From positions 37,952 to 101,951 of the forward strand of contig NZ_BOOP01000035.1 of the NCBI RefSeq assembly GCF_016863295.1: a DNA stretch of 64,000 bases, written 5' to 3'. This document shows positions 19,047-28,900 of this stretch, piece by piece. The DNA is from Planotetraspora phitsanulokensis. GTDB taxonomy: Bacteria > Actinomycetota > Actinomycetes > Streptosporangiales > Streptosporangiaceae. Numbering within the stretch: position 1 is the stretch's first letter; every line of letters starts with the position of its first letter. Under the pieces are notes generated by a model that did no database searches, was not told where the DNA came from, and saw nothing but the letters and a program-made list of their open reading frames with translations. The position numbers and the translations under genes are program-made.

Positions 19047-19206
19047 ATCCCCCCGATGCGACGCCGTTCTAGTTGACCCGTGTTATCCCCTCTGTCTACC
19101 TTCTGGCGAACTTTCCCAGGTAGCGGGCATGCCCAACATTTGGCGCGCGCATGCCGAACCCTTGAACCGCGGCCCCGGACCACGCCCCGCAGCCGGGGAT
19201 CCGGCC

Positions 19207-19968
19207 TCAGCCGTTGTACGGCGGGGCGACGCCCCAGCCCCAGTGCGGGACGGGCGCCTGCCGTACGGGCTCGGCTCCCGGCTGGGAGTTGCTGAACGCG
19301 AGCCGGGTCCCCCATTCGATGTATCCGGCGAAAGCGGCGCGGAACTCGGGATCGGCCGGAAGCTCGACCTGGTCGGCGGCGTCCATCAGCAGGCTCACCC
19401 AGCGGCGTCGCATCGGCTCGGTGATGCCCTTGCCCAGATGCATCGACAACATGTGGGGGTAACCACCCCGCTCGGCCGTGTACCTGGCCGGTCCGCCGAA
19501 CACCTCGGCCAGCCACATCGCGACGTAGCGGGGGTGGCCGGGGTCCATCCCCTTGAACAGGGGCCCGATCAGGTCGTCGGCCGCGACAAGGTCGTAGAAC
19601 CTTTCCGTCAGCCGTTCCAGCGCTTCGGTGCCGCCCACCCAGTCGTACAACGACGGGATCGAACCTCCGGCGCCCCGCACGGCTGTCCTCCGGTAGTGGC
19701 TCGTCTCCTCGGCGTCGTCCGCGAACGGGCTGATCGCCGCGGAGAACTCCGGATAGAGGTCGCTGTTCCGGAAGCCTTCGAGGTGGTCCTTCGCCGATGT
19801 CCACGTGATGCGCAGGATGTAGGAGCTCGGCTCCGCCGTGCTGCGGGCGAGCTCGTAGTCCACACACTGCGGGGCACGCGAAAGGCAGGCTGCCGCCCGC
19901 TCGTAGGCCCTCTCGAAATCGTCACTCAGCTCGGATGGAACGCGATAGCGGACGTACTGGACGATCAC
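19207..19968 (-). CDS. Fusion protein: N-terminal ABM (antibiotic-biosynthesis-monooxygenase/Dabb) domain plus C-terminal group-II truncated hemoglobin (trHbO-like).
   Basis: N-terminal MIVQYVRYRVPSELSDDFERAYERAAACL...ILRITWTSAKDHLEGFRNSDLY is ABM-like. The C-terminal half (LYDWVGGTEALERLTERFYDLVAADDLIGPLF...WLAEVFGGPARYT...HLGKGITEPMRRRWVSLLMDAAD) matches 2/2 hemoglobin signatures. Confidence 0.75.
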   Translation of the reverse strand: MIVQYVRYRVPSELSDDFERAYERAAACLSRAPQCVDYELARSTAEPSSYILRITWTSAKDHLEGFRNSDLYPEFSAAISPFADDAEETSHYRRTAVRGAGGSIPSLYDWVGGTEALERLTERFYDLVAADDLIGPLFKGMDPGHPRYVAMWLAEVFGGPARYTAERGGYPHMLSMHLGKGITEPMRRRWVSLLMDAADQVELPADPEFRAAFAGYIEWGTRLAFSNSQPGAEPVRQAPVPHWGWGVAPPYNG

Positions 19969-20130
19969 GACCTGTCACCTCGTCGGGGAGCGAATGCGTC
20001 TGTCAGCCGGAAGGCCTCCTGCAGCAGTGTAATCAAGTAAGCATCCACAAGAGGCCTCGGGCGTGTGGCGTTCGGCACCGTAGCGCCGACCGCGTAGGCC
20101 CCCCATAAGGGCCGGGCCGGCGGCGGCGGA

Positions 20131-20904
20131 TCACGTCTCTTCGGGGTCGCGGCCGGCGGCGGACCGGCCGCCGTCGACAGGCACGATCGCGCCGTTGACG
20201 AAGCTCGCGTCGTCGGACAACAGGTAGGCCACCGCCGCCGCCACCTCGTCGGCCCGCCCGACCCTGCCCAGCGGATGCAGCAGGCCCATCTCGCCTTCGA
20301 TCCGCGCGGCCTTCTCAGGAGACTGGCTCCCGAGAAGGTTCTCGTATCTCTCGGTGCTGATCGAGCCGAGCGCGACGGCGTTGGTCCTGACGCCCGAGGG
20401 TCCGTAGTCGACCGCCAGCGCCCGGGTCAGCCCCTCCACCGCGGCCTTGGCCGTCACGTACGGCAGAGCACCTCGGACGGCCCGCTGCGCCTGGTGCGAG
20501 GAGACGTTCACGATCGCGCCGCCCCGGCCGCGTGCCAGAAACCGGCGCACCGCCGTGCCGCAGCCGGTCACCGCCGGGGCGAGGTTCAACGTGATGAGGT
20601 CGAGGACGTCCCGCGCCGCCGCCGAATGCAGCGCGGCGTCGCGGAAGACCGCGGCGTTGTTCACCCACCCCGCGAGCGCGCCGGAGGACTCCGCCAGGTC
20701 GGCGGCCCGCTCGGTCACGGCCTCGTCGGCGGCGTCGCCCGCCACTGCCGTCAGACGAGACCCGGCGGGGTGGTCGTCGGTCCACGCCAGCGCCGCCGGG
20801 TCGAACTCGATGACGACGACGCCGCTCCCCCCGCCCAGCAGTCGCTCGGCTATGGCACGTCCGATGCCATGGCCGCCTCCGGTGACGATGTAGGTGTCGC
20901 CCAT
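20131..20904 (-). CDS. SDR family NAD(P)-dependent oxidoreductase.
   Basis: ATG at 20904 with RBS GAGGAGGG. Cofactor motif TGGGHGIGRAIA. Catalytic YxxxK (YVTAKAA). The ORF-track start at 21105 adds an unlikely 66-aa extension. Confidence 0.85.
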   Translation of the reverse strand: MGDTYIVTGGGHGIGRAIAERLLGGGSGVVVIEFDPAALAWTDDHPAGSRLTAVAGDAADEAVTERAADLAESSGALAGWVNNAAVFRDAALHSAAARDVLDLITLNLAPAVTGCGTAVRRFLARGRGGAIVNVSSHQAQRAVRGALPYVTAKAAVEGLTRALAVDYGPSGVRTNAVALGSISTERYENLLGSQSPEKAARIEGEMGLLHPLGRVGRADEVAAAVAYLLSDDASFVNGAIVPVDGGRSAAGRDPEET

Positions 20905-21049
20905 GATCCCTCCTCGGTCGGGCTCGCACCTACCCGAAGGAGCACGGGAATGTCGCCCGCAGGCCACAAACCGCATCGCCTCATTCCCCATCTCTTCTCT
21001 CAGTGGCGACGTGACCGGGGACGGCAGGCGGCCCGGGGAAGGACGCGCG

Positions 21050-22153
21050 ATGAGAACAAGGATGTTGTACGGCCTGGCCGCCGCGACGTTGGTCGTCGGC
21101 CTCACGACGACGGCAGGTCAGGCACAGGCGGTGCCCACGCTGAAAGCGGCGGCGGCCCCACCCGCCTGGAAGATCTTCTACGCGGGCAGGCTGACGGAGG
21201 GATACCTCCACTCGGTGGCCGCCCCGAGCCCGTCGAGCGCATGGGCGGTCGGCCAGTACCAGGACGCGAACGGCGGCCACCACGCGGCGGTCCTGCGCTG
21301 GAACGGGCGCGCCTGGAGCCTGACACCACCCGGCTCGCTGCCGGACATGAAGTACTGGTACTCCGTCAGCGCGTCCTCGCCCCGAGACGTCTGGATCTAT
21401 GGATGGAACGAGGAGCGGGCGGGGATCGCCCACTTCGACGGGCGGAAATGGCGCGAGGTCGCCTTCCCCGAGCTCCCTGAGAGCGCGCCCGTCTCCTACG
21501 CCGAACTGGCCTCAGCGCACAATGCCACGTGGCTGGTCGGAGAGACCTGGGTGTCGCGGCGCGTCCACGGAGGCTGGAAGACCACGACCTTGCCCGCGGG
21601 CGTGCGCATCAGCTCGATCGATGCCCGGTCCGCCCACGACGCGTGGATCGCCGGGACCGTCTACACCGAGGCCAGGGGGCTCCAGCCGTACACCGCGCGG
21701 TGGAACGGCCATGCCTGGAAGCGGGTGAAGACCCCGGCGAACAAGCTGGGCGTCAACGACGTGTGGGCCCAGTCCAGGAAGAGCGTGTGGGTGACCGGGC
21801 TGATCCCGAAGGGCGAGGGCTGGGTCCCGACCGTCCTGCACTGGAACGGCAGGCGCTGGAAGAACGTCAAGATGCCCGACCAGGGCCAGTGGCCGCTCGC
21901 CATCAGCGGCAACGGCGGCAAGGTGTGGGTGACCGGCGACCCGGCCGGGTTCGACGGGCCGCCGCTCTACTGGCGCTTCGACGGCAGGCGCTGGACGACG
22001 GTCGCGGGCGCCGTTCCCGCCGGCGGCCGGGTCGAAGCGGTGAACGCGTTGGCTCCGATCAAGGGAACGGCCCGTTTGTGGGGCGTCGGCAACTACATCG
22101 TCGACGACGGCCAGGTCGCCCACAGCTTCGGGCTCGTCCAGCGCGATCGCTGA
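21050..22153 (+). CDS. Secreted hypothetical protein with repeated W/G-rich beta-propeller-like blades.
   Basis: ATG at 21050 followed by a signal peptide (MLYGLAAATLVVGLTTTAGQAQA). Recurrent motifs (AWAVG, VWIYGW, TWLVGE, AWIAGT, VWVTG). Confidence 0.7.
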   Translation: MRTRMLYGLAAATLVVGLTTTAGQAQAVPTLKAAAAPPAWKIFYAGRLTEGYLHSVAAPSPSSAWAVGQYQDANGGHHAAVLRWNGRAWSLTPPGSLPDMKYWYSVSASSPRDVWIYGWNEERAGIAHFDGRKWREVAFPELPESAPVSYAELASAHNATWLVGETWVSRRVHGGWKTTTLPAGVRISSIDARSAHDAWIAGTVYTEARGLQPYTARWNGHAWKRVKTPANKLGVNDVWAQSRKSVWVTGLIPKGEGWVPTVLHWNGRRWKNVKMPDQGQWPLAISGNGGKVWVTGDPAGFDGPPLYWRFDGRRWTTVAGAVPAGGRVEAVNALAPIKGTARLWGVGNYIVDDGQVAHSFGLVQRDR

Positions 22154-22259
22154 ACCGGGACCTGCCACCGGGGGCACATCGGAGGCCCACCGGCCCCCGG
22201 TGGCACTCCGCCCGATGCGCACGCCCGGCACACCCCGCCTGACGCGCGCGCGGGCTGGA

Positions 22260-22805
22260 TCAGTGGGCCTTCTTGTCGATCTCCTTGCCCTTCGGCGTGA
22301 TGGCGTGCCAGGCGCCCTGGGCCAGCTGGCCCTTGACGTCTCCCGGCGCCTTGTCCCCGGCGTAGAGGTAGACCGGGTGGTCGTTGATGGTGAGCTGCTG
22401 GGATCCGTCCTGGCGGGTCAGCGAGCCGACCAGCGCGGAGTCGATCCCGGCGACGTCGGTGGTGGCGGGAACGGGGGGCCACTGGGCGGCGCACTGGGCG
22501 TTGCAGTCCGACGTCGCGGGCTGGGTCTTGTCCTTGTCGTACGCGTAGACCGTGCGGCCCGTGCCGTCGACCACGATCAGTCCGAGGGACGACGTCGAGG
22601 TGCCGACCGGTCCGCCCACGACGGGGCCGGGGGACGCCGTCGCGTCCGCGGCGGCGGAGCCCGCGGTCGAATCGGGAGCGGCGGCCTTGGTGGCGGGGGC
22701 CGGGGCGGCGCCCTTCGTCTCGTCACCGGACGAGCAGGCGGTCGCGAGCCCGACGACGGCGAATGTGGCGGCCACGAGACGGCCCGCACGGGCACGAGTG
22801 TTCAT
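22260..22805 (-). CDS. Lipoprotein of the COG4315-like family (secreted, tandem YxYxxD-type repeats).
   Basis: Start ATG at 22805 gives MNTRARAGRLVAATFAVVGLATAC (lipobox LATAC). Repeats TVYAYDKD and PVYLYAGD. Confidence 0.7.
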   Translation of the reverse strand: MNTRARAGRLVAATFAVVGLATACSSGDETKGAAPAPATKAAAPDSTAGSAAADATASPGPVVGGPVGTSTSSLGLIVVDGTGRTVYAYDKDKTQPATSDCNAQCAAQWPPVPATTDVAGIDSALVGSLTRQDGSQQLTINDHPVYLYAGDKAPGDVKGQLAQGAWHAITPKGKEIDKKAH

Positions 22806-22848
22806 CAGGGTGGTCCTTCGCATGATGGACGGCGAATGGCGTTCCGGC

Positions 22849-22905
22849 ATGTACGGCAAGCCGCTCAGGATAGTCCCGCGTGTACGGCGAGCCGCTCAGG
22901 GTGGT
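22849..22905. repeat. Imperfect 26-nt direct repeat (GTACGGCAAGCCGCTCAGGATAGTCC / GTACGGCGAGCCGCTCAGGGTGGTCC) in the promoter region of the lipoprotein gene, just downstream of the LAL regulator gene.
   Basis: Seen directly in the sequence. Confidence 0.5.
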
Positions 22906-23009
22906 CCGGCGTCCTGTGCCGCCGGCCCTTCCTGAGACGTCCATCTCACCAGCACCGGCCGGACCCCCGTCCGCCGGGTGGGGCGATCTTTACCGCCGCC
23001 TCTCTCCCG

Positions 23010-25880
23010 TCAGCCGACGCCCAGGCGGCGGGCGACGGCCGCGGCCTCGCCCCTGCCCGCCACCCCGAGCTTGGTGAGGATGTTCGACACGTGGACACTG
23101 GCGGTCTTGGCCGAGATGAACAGCGCGCCGGCGATCTCGCGGTTGCTCCGGCCCTCCGCGATCAGGCGGAGCACCTCGCGCTCCCGCGGAGTCAGCCCGA
23201 ACGAGTCGTCCCCGGATCGCGGGCCGATCGACACGCGAACGCGGCGGGCCCGGGTCTCGATCTCCTCGAGCAGCGGCTGCGCGCCGACCGAGTGGGCCAG
23301 CTCGGCCGCACGGTGGAGCCGGGCCGCCGCGTCCTCCTTGCCTGCGGCCTCCGCCGCGCGGAGCAGCGCGTAGGCCTCCGAGTACGGTTCGCCCAGCGCC
23401 TTCCATTCCGCGGCCGCGGCGTCCCACTCGCTCTGGCTGGAACGGCCTTCGGCCCGCGCGGCCTCGGCGTGGAACACGAGGGCGTAGGCCTGCTGGATGC
23501 GGACGCGCACGGGCGTCCTGGACGCCTGCCCGCGCAGCTCGCCCAGCAGCCCGGCCGCGCGTTCTCCGCCCGCCTCGGCGCAGGCGCGTGCGGCGCTCGC
23601 CAGCACCGGCCAGCCGTACCGGGGGCTGGCGCAGAGGCAGAGCTCCTTCAGCACGTAGTCGACGACGTCGAGAGCGCCCGGCAGGTCGCCCTGGGCGACG
23701 CGGAGGTCCATCCGCAGCCGCTCGGGCGGGAAGAAGTCCTGGACGAGTGAGGAGGAGGACGCCCGCACCGTGTCGAGGGCGGCCACCGCGTCGGCGGCGG
23801 CGTCGAGGTCGCCGCGCGCCACCGCGACGCACCCGATCAGCCAGTGCAGCGAGATCCGGGTCAGCCGGGGAGGCGACAACTCCAGCGCGTGCTCGACCAG
23901 CTCGAGGACCTCGTCCCAGCAGCCGAGCGCGAACAGCGGCTCCGCCAGGTTCATCGTGAGGAACGAGCCTGACGTGCGGGCCTGGCCGTGCCGGCCCGCG
24001 GCCTCGATGCCCCGCCGCGCCGCGGCCGCGGCGCGTTCGTGCTCGCCCATCCCCTCGAGGACGTGCGCCTCGTTGGTCGCCACCCTGAGCAGCACGGAGT
24101 CGGCGGCCCCGCGCTCGGAGACCCGTACGGCCTCCGCCAGGGCGGCCACGTGCCGCTCCGCGTCCCCTTCGTCGAAGTCGCACCCGGCGAGCGTGATGAG
24201 CGCGTGGGCCTCGACGGTGGCGTCGCCCACCGCGCGGGCCATGGCCAGCGCCTCCGCGGCGAGGGCGCGGGCCTCGTCCCGGCCCGACGGCATCAGGTAG
24301 AGCCGCTGTGCCAGGGTGGACAACACCCGCGCCCGGGGCAGGCTGGGCGGGTGCGCGGGCACCAGCCTGGCCGCCTCGTGCAGGTCGTCGAGAACCGTGG
24401 CGTCCCCCAGCTTGATCTTGATCCTGGCCCGCTGTTCGAGGATTCCCGCGGCGCGCACCGGGTCGTCGATCTCCCTCAGCGCCTCCCGGGCGTACGCGAT
24501 CCCCCGATCGGTCTCGCCCGCCACGTTGGCCGCCTCGATCGCCGCCTCCAGCACCGACGTGTGGTCGACCCCGAGACGCTCCTGCGCGTCCGGCACCTTC
24601 TTCCACAGGTCGAGGACGCGGTCGAGCATCTGCAGCGACTCGGTGGAGGCGGCCGCCTCCTTCGCGACCCACGCGGCCTTCCACGCGCTGACCAGCGCCC
24701 CGGTGTCGTCGTGCACGGAGTACCAGTGGAAGGCCAGCGCCGCGGGCGCGCGGCCCGGCGGCACCAGGGACGGGTCGGCCTCGAGGGCCTCGGCGAACCT
24801 GGCGTGGCTGCGGGCGTGCTCGCCCGGCAGCAGGTCGCCGTGGACCGCGTCGCGCAGCAGGGCGTGCCGGAAGGAGTACGCCTCACCGTCCACGACCACG
24901 ACGTTGCCGGAGACCGCCGGCCGGAGCACCCGTGACAGGGCGGCGTCGTCGAGCCCGCTGACCGCCGCGAGCAAGGCGTGCTCGACCCGGGCGCCTCCCG
25001 CACTGGCCAGCCGCAGGATCTCCTGGGTCTCCTCGGGAAGCTTGTGCACGGCTCCGAGCATGAGATCGCGCAGCGACTCGGGCAGTTCGCCCTCGATCCT
25101 GCCGTCGCCGAGCAGTGCCTCGACGAACAGCGGGTTGCCCTCGCTGCGCTCGTAGATCCGGTCGAGCAGCCGCGGGTCGAGCTCGCGGCCGAGGATGCTG
25201 CGCGCCTGTTCCGCGACCGCCCGGCGGGGCAGGCGGTCGAGCTCGAGCCTGCGCACCCAGGGGATCCGGTCGAGGTCGGCGACCAGCGGCCGGAGCGGAT
25301 GCGTGCGGTGCAGTTCGTCCGACCGGAAGGCGACGATCGCCAGGACTCCGGGAGGCAGGTTGCCGATCAGGTAGCTGAGCAGGTCGCGGGTCGAGCGTTC
25401 CGCCCACTGCGCGTCCTCGATGACCAGGATCACCGGCCTGTCCTCGGCCAGCCGCTCGAAGAGCAGCAGGACGTGGTCGAACAGGCGCGTCCTGGCCGTC
25501 GACGTGCCGGACTCGGTGTCCGGCTCGCCGAACTCGGGGAGCAGGCGGGCGAGCCCACGGGGCGAGCCGCCGGGCAACAGCGCGGTGACCCCCTCCACGC
25601 CGATCTGCCTGACGAGCCGGCGGAGCACGCCGCTGAAGGGCGCGTACGGCAGGCCCTCCGCGCTGATCTGGTGGCAGGCGCCGATCAGCGCCAGCGCCCC
25701 CTCCGCCCCCCTGCGCTGCCGGACCCGTTGCAGGAACTCCCTGATCAGCCTGCTCTTCCCGACGCCCGCCTCGCCCCCGACGAGCAGCGCCGTGGGAAGC
25801 TCCTCCATGGCCGCGTCGAGGAAGGCGAGCTCACCGGAGCGCCCCACCAGAGTCGAACTAATCCCCCGAGTAGCTGACAC
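23010..25880 (-). CDS. LAL-family (large ATP-binding LuxR; STAND NTPase + TPR-like + C-terminal LuxR HTH) transcriptional regulator.
   Basis: Walker A (GGEAGVGKSRL). C-terminal LuxR HTH (TPREREVLRLIAEGRSNREIAGALFISAKTASVHVSNILTKLGV). 956 aa. Starts only 26 nt downstream of the giant ATPase gene. Confidence 0.9.
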   Translation of the reverse strand: MSATRGISSTLVGRSGELAFLDAAMEELPTALLVGGEAGVGKSRLIREFLQRVRQRRGAEGALALIGACHQISAEGLPYAPFSGVLRRLVRQIGVEGVTALLPGGSPRGLARLLPEFGEPDTESGTSTARTRLFDHVLLLFERLAEDRPVILVIEDAQWAERSTRDLLSYLIGNLPPGVLAIVAFRSDELHRTHPLRPLVADLDRIPWVRRLELDRLPRRAVAEQARSILGRELDPRLLDRIYERSEGNPLFVEALLGDGRIEGELPESLRDLMLGAVHKLPEETQEILRLASAGGARVEHALLAAVSGLDDAALSRVLRPAVSGNVVVVDGEAYSFRHALLRDAVHGDLLPGEHARSHARFAEALEADPSLVPPGRAPAALAFHWYSVHDDTGALVSAWKAAWVAKEAAASTESLQMLDRVLDLWKKVPDAQERLGVDHTSVLEAAIEAANVAGETDRGIAYAREALREIDDPVRAAGILEQRARIKIKLGDATVLDDLHEAARLVPAHPPSLPRARVLSTLAQRLYLMPSGRDEARALAAEALAMARAVGDATVEAHALITLAGCDFDEGDAERHVAALAEAVRVSERGAADSVLLRVATNEAHVLEGMGEHERAAAAARRGIEAAGRHGQARTSGSFLTMNLAEPLFALGCWDEVLELVEHALELSPPRLTRISLHWLIGCVAVARGDLDAAADAVAALDTVRASSSSLVQDFFPPERLRMDLRVAQGDLPGALDVVDYVLKELCLCASPRYGWPVLASAARACAEAGGERAAGLLGELRGQASRTPVRVRIQQAYALVFHAEAARAEGRSSQSEWDAAAAEWKALGEPYSEAYALLRAAEAAGKEDAAARLHRAAELAHSVGAQPLLEEIETRARRVRVSIGPRSGDDSFGLTPREREVLRLIAEGRSNREIAGALFISAKTASVHVSNILTKLGVAGRGEAAAVARRLGVG

Positions 25881-25906
25881 AAGGTAAGGATGCCATCAAA
25901 GGTCTC

Positions 25907-28900
25907 TCATTCGGGGCCGGCCGCCCGTTCGATCGCCTTCTCCACCCCGCCCACCCGGTCGGCGAGCAGGCCGATGGCGCCGACGGCCCGGGTCACCGGG
26001 TCGTCCCCGTCCCCGCCGAGGGCCTTCGAGCGCAGGTAGGCGGACTTCACCTCGGCCCAGCGCTCGGCCTGGCCGGGTGTCATCGTGCCGCGCAGCTCAG
26101 CCAGCTTGAGCAGGTTGGCCTCGGCCCCGGAGGTGAGCGTCTGGGCCTCCCCCAGGTAGTGGTCGTTGATCACCGCCTGGAGTTCGGCCTCGTTCATGAT
26201 CGGGATGATCCGCTCGGCCAGCTTGTTCATGTTCCGGTACGACCCCTGGAGCTGGAAGGGCGGCTCGGTCCTGGAGGCGTCCGCCTGGGCCGCCGAGGCG
26301 ATGTACGCCTGGTTGACGGACAACACGATCTCCTGGACCCGCAGCAGCTTGGCCAGCACCGCGACGATCTGGTCGAGCTCGACCTTCGAGTACGGATGGC
26401 TCAACTGGTCGGCGCGCACTCCCGAGTCGCCCCGGGCCAGCCGTACGAGCGACTCGACGTCGCCGCGGTCGCGTGTCGACAGCGGCGCGAGAACGGGGTT
26501 GGAAGTCAGCGCGTTCTCGATGTAGCTGAGCGCGAACAACTCCTCCTTGCCCGACAACACGTCGCCGAGGTTCCACACGTCGGCCCGGTTGGCGAGCATG
26601 TCGGGGATGCGGAAGCGCCTGCCCGCCTCGGTGTACGGGTTGCCCGCCATGCAGACGGCGAAGCGCTTGCCGCGCAGGTCGTAGGTGCGGGTCCGGCCGT
26701 TCCAGACGCCCTCCATGCGGCGCTGGGCGTCGCACAACGAGATGAACTTCTGCAGCAGTTCGGGAGAGGTGTGCTGGATGTCGTCGAGGTAGAGCAGCAC
26801 GTTGTTCGAGCACTCCAACGCGAACGAGACCTTCTCGATCTCCTGCCGCGCGGTGGCGTCCGGAGCCTGGGCCGGATCGAGCGAGGTGACCGCGTTCCCC
26901 AGCGCCGGGCCGTTGACCTTCACGAAGACCAGGCCGAGCCGGCTCGCGACGTACTCCATCAGCGTCGTCTTGCCGTACCCCGGCGGGGAGATCAGCAGCA
27001 GCAGGCCCATCTGGTCGGTGCGCTTGGCGTCTCCCGCCGCGCCCAGCTGCTTGGCGAGGTTGTCGCCGATGAGCGGCAGGTAGACCTCGTCGAGCAGCCG
27101 GTTGCGCACGAACGCGCTCATCACCGAGGGCTTGTACTCCTCGAGCCGCAGCCGCGCCCGCTCACGCTCGACCAGTTCGCCTCGCCGCCGCTGATAGGCG
27201 CGGTAGGCGGGCACCCGCTCGGTGCGGAAGCGCCGGGTGCGGGCGAGCACCTCGTCGAGGCGCAGGTCGAGGCTCCGCCCGGTCAACCGGGGATGCGTGC
27301 CCAGCAGGTTCTCGACGGTGGCCGTCAGGGCCGCCGACGAGTCGTGCCGCGGCAGGTCGCACAGCTGCACGGCGACGGCCTCGGCCAGATCTCCCGCCTG
27401 TACGGCCGGCCGTCCGCCGGAGGCGTCGAGGTAGGCCCCGAGCCAGGCGTCGACCAGCTGGTGGCGGGCTCTCAGGTCGTCGCCGAGTGCCCGCAGATCG
27501 GATTCGAGCTCCCTCGCGGAACCGCCGAGCGCCCCCCGGAAACCGTCGAGGAGGCCTCTGGCGGCGGCGCTCGTGACGAAACCGGTGGGCGTGCTCGACA
27601 ACTCCTCGAAGAGGTACTCCCCCGCGAGGCCGGTCTCGCGGCCCGGCAGTCCCGCGCCGCGCAGGAAGGCGTCCACGGCCGAGCCCAGCTCCGCGTGCAT
27701 CTCACCGACGGCGGAGCTCCCGCGGAACATGGCCCGGGCCCTGGCCAGGGAACGGGCGCGCGTCGTCCACGTGGCGCGGGTGGCCTCCTCGGCGCCGAAC
27801 GCCCAGAACAGCTGCGCGGCGGCACGTGCCTCCGGCGGGTAACGCAGCAGGCCGGCGCCGGCGTGGAGGCGTAGCAGAGCGTCGAGGACGGCCGCCGCGT
27901 CGTGATCGTGCACTCCGCGCTCGTACCCCTCGTCGTAGCGGGTCTCCACGACGCGGCGGACCACGTCGAGCAGTCCGCCGTCGGCGAGCGCGGCCGCCTG
28001 GAGCGCGTCGAGCGTGACCGCCTGGCCGTCCGTTCCGGCCTCGGCGAGGATCGCGGCGGCGAGGTGCTCCGCCCGGTAGACGTCGGCGGACTCCGAGACG
28101 AGCAGCTGGTCCCAGAACGGCCGGGTGGCGTCGAAGGACTCGTCGCCGACCGGCGCCCGGTAGTCGGTCCCGGTGATCGCGAACGCCATCCGCTCGTCCA
28201 GCGGGACGAGCGTGAGGTCGAGCGGCTGCGTGTTGACGGCGAAGCGGTGCCGGCCGAGCCGGATGGTCTCGCCGCCGTCGGCGTAGAGGTCGAGCCGGTC
28301 GCGCAGCGCACGGCCCGCGTCGAGCCGGGCCGCCTTGATCCGGCCGTCGAGCTCCTCGGCCCTGACCTGGTCGCCGAGCTCGCGCAACTCGCCGGAGACG
28401 GCGCGCAGCTTGGCCACCATGGGATCGGAGGCGAAGTAGGTGTTGACCTCCTCCAGCGATCCGAGGCTCGCGACCCGGCGTCCCAGGCTGCCGAGGATCC
28501 GGTCGGCGGAGGCGGACAGCCGGTCGGCGCGCCGTGCGCGCTCGTCGAGAAGCGCCTGCTTGCGCGAGGAGAACGCCTCGTAGACGTCCTCCCGCTTCTC
28601 CTCCAGCCGGGCCACGAGGTCGTCGAACTCGCCGAACCGCGACTCCAGCCCCTCCAGCTGGAGCATCAGCCGCCCGAGTTGCTCGTCGCACCGTTCGGGG
28701 GTGTCGGCCACGTCGAGCGCGCCGGTGATCGTCTGGCCGAGCACGGCGAACTCGGCGGCGAAGCCGGCCCGTCCCTCGGTCGCGAGCAGCTCCTCGCGCC
28801 GCGCGGTGAGCGTGGCCCTGGCCCGGTTGATCCCCCCGAGGACGTCGCCGATCCGCTCCAGGATCGCGGTGCGCACCGTCGCGTCGTCGATGTCGAGCGT

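Noticed and set aside
19100-19180. Sigma-54-like -24/-12 element (TGGCGCGCGCATGC) between the GAF-Fis regulator and the globin gene
   Set aside because: Actinobacteria lack RpoN, and the regulator lacks the sigma-54-interaction AAA+ domain. The GG/GC spacing match is likely coincidental in GC-rich DNA.
22990-24684. 564-aa and other overlapping ORFs within the LAL regulator region
   Set aside because: Antisense or out-of-frame artefacts (Arg/Gly/Pro-rich). The 956-aa LAL gene explains the region.
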